Shown piece by piece: positions 24,466 to 35,526 of a DNA stretch of 64,000 nucleotides (its first letter is position 1; every line of letters starts with the position of its first letter). The notes under the pieces are model-generated. The model had not been told where the DNA came from and searched no databases. It saw nothing but the letters and a program-made list of their open reading frames with translations. A program made the position numbers and the translations under genes. This stretch comes from Ranitomeya imitator (taxonomy: Eukaryota), in NCBI RefSeq assembly GCF_032444005.1, contig NC_091284.1:120342001-120406000 (forward strand), written 5' to 3'.

Positions 24466-25268
24466 TGTTATGAAAGGCAGTTCAGTACTACAATGGACAT
24501 AGCGGTCAGAGCACATACAGTGATCTGACAATAACCCAAAATCATAGAACGAGCTCTGAGACGTGGGAACTCTGCAGACCGCAATCCCTAATCCTCTCCA
24601 AACAACACTAGAGGCAGCCGAGGATTGCGCCTAACTCTGCCTATGCAACTCGGCACAGCCTGAGAAACTAACTAGCCTGAAGATAGAAAATAAGCCTACC
24701 TTGCCTCAGAGAAATACCCCAAAGGAAAAGGCAGCCCCCCACATATAATGACTGTGAGTTAAGATGAAAAGACAAACGTAGAGATGAAATAGATTCAGCA
24801 AAGTGAGGCCTGACTTTCTTAACAGATCGAGGATAGAAAAGGTAACTTTGCGGTCTACACAAAACCCTAAAGAAAACCACGCAAAGGGGGCAAAAAGACC
24901 CTCCGTACCGAACTAACGGCACGGAGGTACACCCTTTGCGTCCCAGAGCTTCCAGCAACAAATTAGACAAGCTGGACAGAAAAAATAGCAAACAAATAGC
25001 AAAGAAGAACTTAGCTATGCAGAGCAGCAGGCCACAGGAATGATCCAGGGAAAAGCAAGTCCAACACTGGAACATTGACAGGAAGCCAGGATCAAAGCAT
25101 TAGATGGAGTTAAGTAGAGAAGCACCTAACGACCTCACCAGATCACCTGAGGGAGGAAACTCAGAAGCCGCAGTACCACTTCCCTCCACCAACAGAAGCT
25201 CACAGAGAGAATCAGCCGAAGTACCACTTGTGACCACAGGAGGGAGCTCTGCCACAGAATTCACAACA
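24466..25268 (-). repeat. 3' LTR
   Basis: TGTTATGAAAGG...TCACAACA; near-identical to 29465-30268. Confidence 0.95.
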
Positions 25269-26129
25269 GTACCCCCCCCCTTGAGGAGGGGTCACCGCAC
25301 CCTCACCAGAGCCCCCAGGCCGACCAGGATGAGCCACATGAAAGGCACGAACAAGATCGGGAGCATGGACATCAGAGGCAAAAACCCAGGAATTATCTTC
25401 CTGAGCATAACCCTTCCATTTAACCAGATACTGGAGTTTCCGTCTAGAAACACGAGAATCCAAAATCTTCTCCACAATATACTCCAATTCCCCCTCCACC
25501 AAAACCGGGGCAGGAGGATCAACAGATGGAACCATAGGTGCCACGTATCTCCGCAACAATGACCTATGGAATACGTTATGTATGGAAAAAGAATCTGGAA
25601 GGGTCAGACGAAAAGACACAGGATTAAGAACCTCAGAAATCCTATACGGACCAATGAAACGAGGTTTAAACTTAGGAGAGGAAACCTTCATAGGAATATG
25701 ACGAGAAGATAACCAAACCAGATCCCCAACACGAAGTCGGGGACCCACACGGCGTCTGCGATTAGCGAAATGTTGAGCCTTCTCCTGGGACAAGGTCAAA
25801 TTGTCCACTACATGAGTCCAAATCTGCTGCAACCTGTCCACCACAGTATCCACACCTGGACAGTCCGAAGACTCAACCTGTCCTGAAGAGAAAGGAGGAT
25901 GGAACCCAGAATTGCAGAAAAATGGCGAAACCAAGGTAGCCGAGCTGGCCCGATTATTAAGGGCGAACTCAGCCAAAGGCAAAAAGGACACCCAGTCATC
26001 CTGATCGGCAGAAACAAAGCATCTCAGATATGTTTCCAAGGTCTGATTGGTTCGTTCGGTCTGGCCATTAGTCTGAGGATGGAAAGCCGAGGAAAAAGAC
26101 AAGTCAATGCCCATCCTACCACAAAAGGC
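25212..26129 (-). pseudogene. In-frame continuation: integrase C-terminal part, GPY motif and chromodomain
   Basis: ...FW*AFCGRMGIDLSFSS...GQTERTNQ...IGPYRI...YIVEKILDSR...YLVKWKGY; same frame as 26130-29348. Confidence 0.9.
25269..25283 (-). other. Polypurine tract
   Basis: Minus strand AAGGGGGGGGGTAC immediately precedes the 3' LTR TG. Confidence 0.85.
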
Positions 26130-29100
26130 TCACCAAAACCTTGAAACAAACTGGGAACCTCTGTCAGAAACGATATTCTCTGGAATGCCATGTAAACGAA
26201 CCACATGCTGGAAGAACAATGGCACCAAATCAGAGGAGGAAGGCAATTTAGACAAGGGTACCAGATGGACCATCTTAGAAAAGCGATCACAGACCACCCA
26301 AATGACTGACATCTTTTGAGAAACGGGAAGATCAGAAATAAAATCCATAGAGATATGTGTCCAAGGCCTCTTCGGGACCGGCAAGGGCAAAAGCAACCCA
26401 CTGGCACGAGAACAGCAGGGCTTAGCCCGAGCACAAATCCCACAGGACTGCACAAAAACACGCACATCCCGCGACAGAGACAGCCACCAAAAGGATCTAG
26501 CCACCAACTCTCTGGTACCAAAGATTCCAGGATGACCAGCCAACACCGAACAATGAACCTCAGAGATAACTTTATTGGTCCACCTATCAGGGACAAACAG
26601 TCTCTCCGCTGGACAACGATCAGGTTTATTAGCCTGAAATTTTTGCAGCACCCGCCGCAAATCAGGGGAGATGGCAGACACAATTACTCCTTCCTTGAGG
26701 ATACCCGCCGGCTCAGACAAACCCGGAGAGTCGGGCACAAAACTCCTAGACAGAGCATCCGCCTTCACATTTTTAGAGCCCGGAAGGTACGAAATCACAA
26801 AGTCAAAACGGGCAAAAAACAGCGACCAACGAGCCTGTCTAGGATTCAACCGCTTAGCAGACTCAAGATAAGTCAAGTTCTTATGATCAGTCAATACCAC
26901 CACGCGATGCTTAGCTCCTTCAAGCCAATGACGCCACTCCTCGAATGCCCACTTCATGGCCAGCAACTCTCGGTTGCCCACATCATAATTTCGCTCAGCA
27001 GGCGAAAACTTCCTGGAAAAAAAAGCGCATGGTTTCATCACTGAGCAATCAGAACCTCTCTGCGACAAAACAGCCCCTGCTCCAATCTCAGAAGCATCAA
27101 CCTCGACCTGGAACGGAAGAGAAACATCTGGTTGACACAACACAGGGGCAGAAGAAAAACGACGCTTCAAGTCTTGAAAAGCTTCCACAGCAGCAGAAGA
27201 CCAATTGACCAAATCAGCACCCTTCTTGGTCAAATCGGTCAATGGTTTGGCAATACTAGAAAAATTGCAGATGAAGCGACGATAAAAATTAGCAAAGCCC
27301 AGGAACTTTTGCAGACTTTTCAGAGATGTCGGCTGAGTCCAATCATGGATGGCTTGGACCTTAACAGGATCCATCTTGATAGTAGAAGGGGAAAAGATGA
27401 ACCCCAAAAATGAAACCTTCTGCACACCAAAGAGACACTTTGATCCCTTCACAAACAAAGAATTAGCACGCAGGACCTGAAAAACTGTTCTGACCTGCTT
27501 CACATGAGACTCCCAATCATCCGAGAAGATCAAAATGTCATCCAAGTACACAATCAGGAATTTATCCAGGTACTCTCGGAAGATGTCATGCATAAAGGAC
27601 TGAAACACTGATGGAGCATTGGCAAGTCCGAATGGCATCACTAGATACTCAAAATGACCCTCGGGCGTATTAAATGCAGTTTTCCATTCATCTCCTCGCC
27701 TGATTCGCACCAGATTATACGCACCACGAAGATCTATCTTGGTTAACCAACTAGCCCCCTTAATCCGAGCAAACAAATCAGATAACAATGGCAAGGGGTA
27801 CTGAAATTTAACCGTGATCTTATTTAGAAGGCGGTAATCTATACAAGGTCTCAGCGAACCATCCTTCTTGGCTACAAAAAAGAACCCTGCTCCCAATGGT
27901 GACGGGCGAATATGCCCCTTCTCCAGGGATTCCTTCACATAACTGCGCATAGCGGCGTGCTCAGGCACGGATAAATTAAACAGTCGACCTTTTGGGAATT
28001 TACTACCAGGAATCAAATTGATAGCACAATCACAATCCCTATGCGGAGGTAGGGCATCGGACTTGGGCTCATCAAATACATCCCGGTAATCAGACAAGAA
28101 CTCTGGAACCTCAGAAGGGGTGGATGACGAAATTGACAGAAATGGAACATCACCATGTACCCCCTGACAACCCCAGCTGGACACCGACATGGATTTCCAA
28201 TCTAATACTGGATTATGGGCTTGTAGCCATGGCAACCCCAACACGACCACATCATGCAGATTATGCAACACCAGAAAGCGAACAACCTCCTGATGTGCAG
28301 GAGCCATGCACATGGTCAGCTGGGTCCAGTATTGAGGCTTATTCTTGGCCAAAGGCGTGGCATCAATTCCTCTCAATGGAATAGGACACTGCAAGGGCTC
28401 TAAGAGAAACCCACAACGCTTAGCATACTCCAAGTCCATCAAATTCAGGGCAGCGCCTGAATCCACAAATGCCATGACAGAATACGATGACAAAGAGCAG
28501 ATCAAGGTAACGGACAGAAGAAATTTTGACTGTACCGTACCAATGGTGGCAGACCTAGCGAACCGCTTAGTGCGCTTAGGACAATCAGAGATAGCATGAG
28601 TGGAATCACCACAGTAGAAACACAGCCCATTCAGACGTCTGTGTTCTTGCCGTTTAACTCTGGTCAAAGTCCTATCGCACTGCATAGGCTCAGGTTTAAG
28701 CTCAGGTAATACCGCCAAATGGTGCACAGATTTACGCTCACGCAAGCGTCGACCGATCTGAATGGCCAAATACATAGACTCATTCAAACCAGCAGGCATA
28801 GGAAATCCCACCATGACATCCTTAAGGGCTTCAGAGAGACCCTTTCTGAACATAGCTGCCAGCGCAGATTCATTCCATTGAGTGAGCACGGACCACTTTC
28901 TAAATTTCTGACAATATACCTCTATCTCATCCTGACCCTGACAAAGAGCCAGCAAATTTTTCTCTGCCTGATCCACTGAATTAGGTTCATCGTACAGCAA
29001 TCCGAGCGCCAGAAAAAACGCATCGATATTACTCAATGCAGGATCTCCTGGCGCAAGAGAAAATGCCCAGTCCTGAGGGTCACCGCGCAAAAAAGAAATA

Positions 29101-29348
29101 ACAATCAAAACCTGTTGAACAGGATCACCAGAGGAGCGAGGTTTCAAGGCCAGAAATAATTTACAATTATTTTTGAAACTCAGAAACTTAGTTCTATCTC
29201 CAAAAAACAAATCAGGAATAGGAATTCTTGGTTCCAACATAGCTTTCTGATCAATAGTGTCTTGAATCTTTTGTACTCTTGCCGAGAGCTGATCCACAAA
29301 TGAAGACAGACTTCTAATGTCCATCGCTACACCTGTGTACTGAACCAC
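26130..29348 (-). CDS. Gag-Pol polyprotein (1072 aa) ending at a premature TGA within integrase
   Basis: Gag PRIPIPDLFFGDR; CCHC knuckle CFYCGDSTHAISDC; protease VDSGA; RT YLDD; RNase H DAS; integrase HHCC and the first two catalytic Asp. Confidence 0.93.
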   Translation of the reverse strand: MVQYTGVAMDIRSLSSFVDQLSARVQKIQDTIDQKAMLEPRIPIPDLFFGDRTKFLSFKNNCKLFLALKPRSSGDPVQQVLIVISFLRGDPQDWAFSLAPGDPALSNIDAFFLALGLLYDEPNSVDQAEKNLLALCQGQDEIEVYCQKFRKWSVLTQWNESALAAMFRKGLSEALKDVMVGFPMPAGLNESMYLAIQIGRRLRERKSVHHLAVLPELKPEPMQCDRTLTRVKRQEHRRLNGLCFYCGDSTHAISDCPKRTKRFARSATIGTVQSKFLLSVTLICSLSSYSVMAFVDSGAALNLMDLEYAKRCGFLLEPLQCPIPLRGIDATPLAKNKPQYWTQLTMCMAPAHQEVVRFLVLHNLHDVVVLGLPWLQAHNPVLDWKSMSVSSWGCQGVHGDVPFLSISSSTPSEVPEFLSDYRDVFDEPKSDALPPHRDCDCAINLIPGSKFPKGRLFNLSVPEHAAMRSYVKESLEKGHIRPSPLGAGFFFVAKKDGSLRPCIDYRLLNKITVKFQYPLPLLSDLFARIKGASWLTKIDLRGAYNLVRIRRGDEWKTAFNTPEGHFEYLVMPFGLANAPSVFQSFMHDIFREYLDKFLIVYLDDILIFSDDWESHVKQVRTVFQVLRANSLFVKGSKCLFGVQKVSFLGFIFSPSTIKMDPVKVQAIHDWTQPTSLKSLQKFLGFANFYRRFICNFSSIAKPLTDLTKKGADLVNWSSAAVEAFQDLKRRFSSAPVLCQPDVSLPFQVEVDASEIGAGAVLSQRGSDCSVMKPCAFFSRKFSPAERNYDVGNRELLAMKWAFEEWRHWLEGAKHRVVVLTDHKNLTYLESAKRLNPRQARWSLFFARFDFVISYLPGSKNVKADALSRSFVPDSPGLSEPAGILKEGVIVSAISPDLRRVLQKFQANKPDRCPAERLFVPDRWTNKVISEVHCSVLAGHPGIFGTRELVARSFWWLSLSRDVRVFVQSCGICARAKPCCSRASGLLLPLPVPKRPWTHISMDFISDLPVSQKMSVIWVVCDRFSKMVHLVPLSKLPSSSDLVPLFFQHVVRLHGIPENIVSDRGSQFVSRFW

Positions 29349-29445
29349 TCAAATGTCTAGGGGAAAAAAAAGGCAAAACACAGTGCAAAGAAAAAAAAAT
29401 GGTCTCAGAACCTTTTTTCCCTCTATTGAGAATCATTAGTACTTT

Positions 29446-29456
29446 TGGCTTCCTGT
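29446..29456 (-). other. Candidate self-priming primer-binding site (sense ACAGGAAGCCA)
   Basis: Exactly complementary to TGGCTTCCTGT inside the LTR (30078-30088, minus); no tRNA-type TGG PBS follows the 5' LTR. Confidence 0.65.
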
Positions 29457-29464
29457 ACTGTTAC

Positions 29465-30268
29465 TGTTATGAAAGGCAATTCAGTACTACAATGGACATA
29501 GCGGTCAGAGCACATACAGTGATCTGACAATAACCCAAAATCATAGAACGAGCTCTGAGACGTGGGAACTCTGCAGACCGCAATCCCTAATCCTCTCCAA
29601 ACAACACTAGAGGCAGCCGTGGATTGCGCCTAACTCTGCCTATGCAACTCGGCACAGCCTGAGAAACTAACTAGCCTGAAGATAGAAAATAAGCCTACCT
29701 TGCCTCAGAGAAATACCCCAAAGGAAAAGGCAGCCCCCCACATATAATGACTGTGAGTTAAGATGAAAAGACAAACGTAGAGATGAAATAGATTCAGCAA
29801 AGTGAGGCCTGACTTTCTTAACAGATCGAGGATAGAAAAGGTAACTTTGCGGTCTACACAAAACCCTAAAGAAAACCACGCAAAGGGGGCAAAAAGACCC
29901 TCCGTACCGAACTAACGGCACGGAGGTACACCCTTTGCGTCCCAGAGCTTCCAGCAACAAATTAGACAAGCTGGACAGAAAAAAATAGCAAACAAATAGC
30001 AAAGAAGAACTTAGCTATGCAGAGCAGCAGGCCACAGGAATGATCTAGGGAAAAGCAAGTCCAACACTGGAACATTGACAGGAAGCCAGGATCAAAGCAT
30101 TAGGTGGAGTTAAGTAGAGAAGCACCTAACGACCTCACCAGATCACCTGAGGGAGGAAACTCAGAAGCCGCAGTACCACTTCCCTCCACCAACAGAAGCT
30201 CACAGAGAGAATCAGCCGAAGTACCACTTGTGACCACAGGAGGGAGCTCTGCCACAGAATTCACAACA
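29465..30268 (-). repeat. 5' LTR
   Basis: By eye ~4 substitutions and one 1-bp indel versus the 3' LTR. Confidence 0.95.
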
Positions 30269-30709
30269 ATAACCCTAGCCTCTTTCTGTCCCAATCCTAG
30301 CAACAAGAAAGAGGAGAGACTCCATTGCCTAGATGTCAGGAGATGTATCCTACAGTATTTAGAGATGACAAAATCCTGGAGGAAACAGAAGACTTTATTT
30401 GTTTAATTCCAGGGGTCAATGAAGGGCCTTAAAGCCTCAAAACAAACTATCGCTAGATGGGTGAGAGAGGCCATTATTCTAGCGTATAGTAGTGTAGGCG
30501 GGGTTGTTCCACAGGGTCTGAAAGCCCACTCCACGAGGGCCATGGCGACGTCGTGGGTGGAGAGAGCAGATGCTACCATCGACCAAATCTGTAAGGCGGC
30601 CACTTGGTCCTCTCTGTCTACATTTTTTAAACATTATAGGCTAGACCTATCTGCTATCTCTGATCTCACATTTTGGAGAAGAGTGTTACAAGCAGTGATC
30701 CCTCCCTAA
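30269..30709 (+). pseudogene. DIRS tyrosine recombinase, 3' part
   Basis: ITLASFCPNP...LHCLDVRR...(TAA at 30404-30406)...KAHSTRAM...ATWSS...FKHYRLD: HxxR, W and catalytic Y are present. Confidence 0.9.
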
Positions 30710-31508
30710 AGAGAATACAAATATCTGTAACTCTCTCGTGGTGCCGTCATGTATGATGGAAAAACACGGGTATTACATACCTGGTAATGTGTTTTTTTCA
30801 TGAGACATGATGGCACCCTTATATTCCCACCCTGTTGGTCACGTCATTCGTTGGGTGCATTATTAGCATTATTTGTATTATACATTCCCTTGGGTGTCGG
30901 TGAATAGAACCATATAGGATGTTTTATTTATGTGTACACTAACCGGCGGAGTTCCTCTCGTACTCTGTAAAACAACTGATGTGGAGAGAGGAGCCGTCCC
31001 TTTTACCTTGAAGATTTCCTGTCCTTGAAGGGCGGATCCCTTCTCTCGAGGTGCCGTCATGTCTCATGAAAAAACACATTACTAGGTATGTAATACCCAT
31101 GTTTTCATGCTATAGCTCTACAGAGTGCTACTTTATACTGATGGCATTGGTTACAGAAGAATGTCTAAATTACTGAAGGCTCCAGTGAGCACTGTTAGGG
31201 CCATAATTCAGTAGTGGAAAGAACATAATTTCATCATAAACCGGCCATAAACTGATTTTCAGCTGCAGAAATTATTGCAATAAATTTGGTATTACATGTA
31301 AATAAAACTGATCCAACGAGGAAGCTAGTCATGAAAAATCTGAGATTTTTATGTATTAAAAGCAATTTCATGTTTACCAGATTGCTAAATAATTGGAGGT
31401 GTCAGTAAGGTAAATCTGTAATTACATCGTATAATGAAGTCCTGTCTCAACGTACAGATCTATTCCTGCAATTCTTTGCTCATTAGAATAGTTAAAATAA
31501 ATTATATA

Positions 31509-32995
31509 TACTGCTCAAAAAAATAAAGGGAACACTTACAGAATATAACTCAGAGTAAATTAAACTTCTGTGAAATCAAACTGTCCACTTAGGAAGCAAC
31601 ACTGATTGACAATCAATTTCACATGCGGTTGTGCAAATGGAATAGACAACAGATGGAAATTATTGGCAATTATCAAGACAACTTAATAAAGGAGTAGTTC
31701 TGCAGGTGGGGACCACAGACCACATCTCAGTACCAATGCTTTCTGGCTGATGTTTTGGTCACTTTTGAATGTTGGTTGTGCTTTCACACTTGTGGTAACA
31801 TGAGACGGACTCTACAACCCACACAAGTGGCTCAGGTAGTGCAGCTCTTCCAGGATGGCACATCAATGCGAGCTGTGGCAAGAAGATTTGCTGTGTCTGT
31901 CAGCATAGTGTCCAGAGGCTGGAGGTTCTACCAGGAGACATGGCAGGGGCCGTAGGAGGGCAACAACCCAGCAACAGGACCACTGTCTCCGCCTTTGTTC
32001 AAGGAAGAACAGGAGGGGACTGCCAGAGCCCTGCAAAATGACCTCCAGCAGGCCACAAACGGTTAGAAACTGACTCCATGAGAATGGTCTGAATTCCTGA
32101 CGTCCACAGAAGGGGGTTGTGCTCACAGCCCAACACCGTGCAGGATGCTTGGCATTTGCCGCAGAATACCAGGATTGGTAAATTCACAACTGGCGCCCTG
32201 TGCTCTTCACAGATGAAAGCAAGTTCACACTGAGCACATGTGACAGACGTGACAGAGTCTGGAGACGCCATGGAGAGCGTTCTGCCTGCAACATCCTTCA
32301 GCATGACCGGTTTGGCAGTGGGTCAGTAATGGTGTGAAGTGGCATTTCCTTTGGAGGGCAGCACAGCACTCCATGTGCTCGCCAGAGGTAGCCTGACTGC
32401 CATTAGGTACAGAGATGAGATTCTCAGACCCCTTGTGAGACCATATGCTGGTGCGGTTAGCCCTGGGTTCCTCCTAATGCAGGACAATTGCCAGACCTCA
32501 TGTGGCTGGAGTGTGTCAGCAGTTCCTGCAAGATGAAGGCATTGAAGCTATGGACTGGCCCGCCCGTTCCCCAGACCTGAATCCAATTGAACACATCTGG
32601 GACATCATGTCTCGCTCCATCCGCCAATGTCACGTTGCACCACAGACTTCCAGGAGTTGGCGGATGCTTTAGTCCAGGTCTGTGAGGAGATCCCTCAGGA
32701 GACCATCTGCCGCCTCATTAGGAGCATGCCCAGGCATTGTAGGGAGGTCATACAGGCACACAATGCTGAGCATCATTTTGACTTGTCTTGAGGCATTTCC
32801 ACTGAAGATGGATCAACCTGCAATTTGATTTTCAACTTTGATTTTGAGCATCATTTTGATTTACATTGATCATTTTTACTTTGTATTGTTCTCAACCCAT
32901 TCCTCTATGTATTGAATAAAGATTTGCAACTGGAATATTTCATTCAGTGATATCTAGGATGTGGTATTTTAGTGTTCCCTTTATTTTTTTGAGTA
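31509..32995 (+). mobile_element. Decayed Tc1 element (family B)
   Basis: TIR TACTGCTCAAAAAAATAAAGGGAACAC / GTGTTCCCTTTATTTTTTTGAGTA; broken transposase (FTDESKF, MQDN, PDLNPIEHIW). Confidence 0.9.
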
Positions 32996-33422
32996 TATAT
33001 AGTGTATATATATTCTCCTGTCTTATATAAAGGATGTAAAGAGGCATAAAGATGCATTGCAATGTAATTGTGAAGTAGTGTTGTTAAAAACACTCGGTCC
33101 ACAATTATCTTGCAGTGTAAACAGGCTGCCTATTACCTAATGAACAAGCAAAATGCTTTTTCATCAGCAAAAAGATCATCATTCTCGGTGGTGCATCGTC
33201 CTACAGCACTCGCACTGCCAAGAACTATGGCAGCCTACGCGCACTGAGCGATATAGTATTGATCAGTCAGTGTGCATTGTTTGCTTTAGTCTGCATATGT
33301 ATACAGTTAGTCAAACAACCACCAATCGGTAAATGTTAATCAATTGGTGGTCGTATTGCCAATGGTTGGTCCATGTAAATGAACCTTAAATCTCAGTTTC
33401 TGCTCTTATTCTGTATGTCTTA

Positions 33423-34434
33423 GGCCGGTTTCACACGTCAGTGGCTCCGGTACGTGAGGTGACAGTTTCCTCACGTACCGGAGACACTGACTCACGTAGA
33501 CACATTGAAATCAATGTGTCTCTGCACATGTCAGCGTGTTTTCACGGACTGTGTGTCCGTTTGGAAGACACGGAGACATGTCAGTGTTCGTGGGAGCGCA
33601 CGGATTACACGGACCCATTAAAGTCACTGGGTCCGTGTAAAACACGTACCGCACACGGACGTTGTCCATGTGCAGTCCGTGTGCCATGCAGGAGACAGCG
33701 CTACAGTAAGCGCTGTCCCCCCCACGTGGTGCTGAAGCCGCCATTCATATCTTCTCTGCAGCAGCGTTTGCTGTAGAGAAGATATGAATAATCCGTTTTT
33801 TTTTGTTTCTCATGTTTAAAATAAAGATCCATGTCCCCACCCCCCTCCCAGCCCCTGTGCGCCCGCTGTTATTAAAATACTCACCCGGCTCCCTCGCTGG
33901 CGATGCTTCCTGTCCTGGCCGCACCTTCTACTGTATGAGCGGTCATGTGGGGCCGCCGATTACAGTCATGAATATTCAGCTCCACCTCCCATAGGGATGG
34001 AGCCGCATATTCATTACTGTAAATGAGCGGCCCCACGTGAACGCTCATACAGTAGAAGGTGCGGCCAGGACAGGAAGCATCCCCAGTGAGGGAGCCGGGT
34101 GAGTATTTTAATAACAGCGGGCGGGCGCACAGGGGGTGGGAGGGGGGTGGGGACATGGATCTTTATTTTAAACACGAGAAACAAAAACAAAGGATTATTC
34201 ATATCTTCTCTACAGCAAATGCTGCTGCAGAGAAGATATGAATGGCAGCTTCAGCACCAGATGCAGGGGACAGCGCTTATCTCTAGCACTGTCTCCTGCA
34301 CGGTGCGTGTGGTACCCAGTGGGCCGCACGTATGCCACACTGATGTGCCACAGAAACGCACGGGCACACGGACATGGACAATTCCGGTACCGATTTTTCC
34401 GGTACCGGAATTATCTGGACGTGTGAGACTGGCA
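33423..34434. mobile_element. PIF/Harbinger-type non-autonomous element with large internal inverted repeat
   Basis: TTA|GGCCGGTTTCACACGTC ... GACGTGTGAGACTGGCA|TTA; mirrored arms ~33700-33960 versus ~34010-34300. Confidence 0.8.
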
Positions 34435-35526
34435 TTAGGGTATATGCACAAGAAGTCTTAAAAACCTGGGAGAACCAGCTGAGTTTTTCAAACAGAAGAC
34501 TCTTCAGCAAAATGGCTGTGCTGTTTTTCCTAAACCATCAATTTTGCAGTCTTTGTTGTTTTTTGCAACGGCCTTGATGCTGGCTTTTTTTTTTTTTACT
34601 TGTGTGTATAAAATAGTGAGCAGCTTTTACCTGAAGAATAGTTAGGTCGCTTCTTTTATTTGTTTAACATTTTACAGCAAATCATTTTTCCATTGCACTG
34701 TATATATTTATTCTTATTAATGTGCATTTATCACTTTTTCAGCGAGTTATGGAATGTACACATACCCTTTGGGTGCGTGGTCATTATTGGGGGCGGCGTG
34801 GTCATTATTTAGTGGCGTAGCAAAATGTCCATTTGTCAATTGAAAAAAAAATGTAATGGTAGGTTGGCAATCTTGTATGTAATATGTAGGTGTCCAAATA
34901 CTTTTGTCTTTTACTTTTTAGTTTATTTAGCAGTCGCTATAGATCAGAGAGCAATACACTTTCCAATATCAAGTTTTATTATTAATAAAAATCTCGTTGG
35001 ATAATATACATCATGGGTAACTCCGTCAATAAAACCCGCAAAGATGGTTGATGCAGAGCATCTTAGGATTTCATTATTGGAAATTACTCTGCAGTGTTTT
35101 ACTTCTGCCTGAAAAAGTGTTTCTGCTACGGGAGGGGTATGCAAACCACTGTTAACCAAACATGCATCCAAACTAATTTAAATGAGCTAATATTTACTCA
35201 GAGATGTACAGAAGATTTACTAAGCATATATAAATATAATTGCCTTTCTCATCTGTATGAGGGTTGGGTAAATAACTGTAAAATGTTCTCAACACAGACA
35301 TCATTTATGTCCTCAAATATCTACGTGGGTTCAAATAGTACAGCATAATGTATTAATAGATGTTAAAGGGAATGTGTCATCATAAAATCACCTACTATTT
35401 AACCCTTTAACGACAAGCGCAAGTTGGGAGCTGGTGTATGAAAATCACTAAATTTAAAGTGAACCTGATGGTTGATTCATGAGTAGCAGGAGTCAGAGTC
35501 CGACTCCTTTGTTTCATTCTGTTATG

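Larger units (their letters stand above)
24466..30268 (-). mobile_element. Full-length chromodomain Ty3/Gypsy LTR retrotransposon (Tf1/sushi-like)
   Basis: Two ~803-bp TG...CA LTRs, gag-PR-RT-RH-IN-CHD in one frame, PPT next to the 3' LTR, ATAACC duplicated at both flanks. Confidence 0.96.
22876..31106 (+). mobile_element. 5'-truncated DIRS1-like tyrosine-recombinase retrotransposon, interrupted by a Gypsy element
   Basis: RT (LDDFLI), RNase H, methyltransferase-like domain and tyrosine recombinase in DIRS order; ICR-like block 30740-30817 is complementary to the terminus 31050-31106. Confidence 0.9.
13108..31260 (+). mobile_element. Fragmented old Tc1 element (pieces 13108-13158, 18501-18675, 19822-19920, 31133-31260)
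   Basis: TA|CAGTGGGTGGAATAAGTATTG TIR start; MGKTTEL start near 19896; continuation TDGIGYRRMSKLLKAPVSTVRAIIQ*WKEH at ~31136. Pieces are separated by later insertions. Confidence 0.65.

Noticed and set aside
24668-25562. ORFs within or overlapping the LTRs (also 29667-30406)
   Set aside because: They are duplicated with the LTRs and have no domain signature; the tail of 30104-30406 is just the resumed DIRS recombinase.
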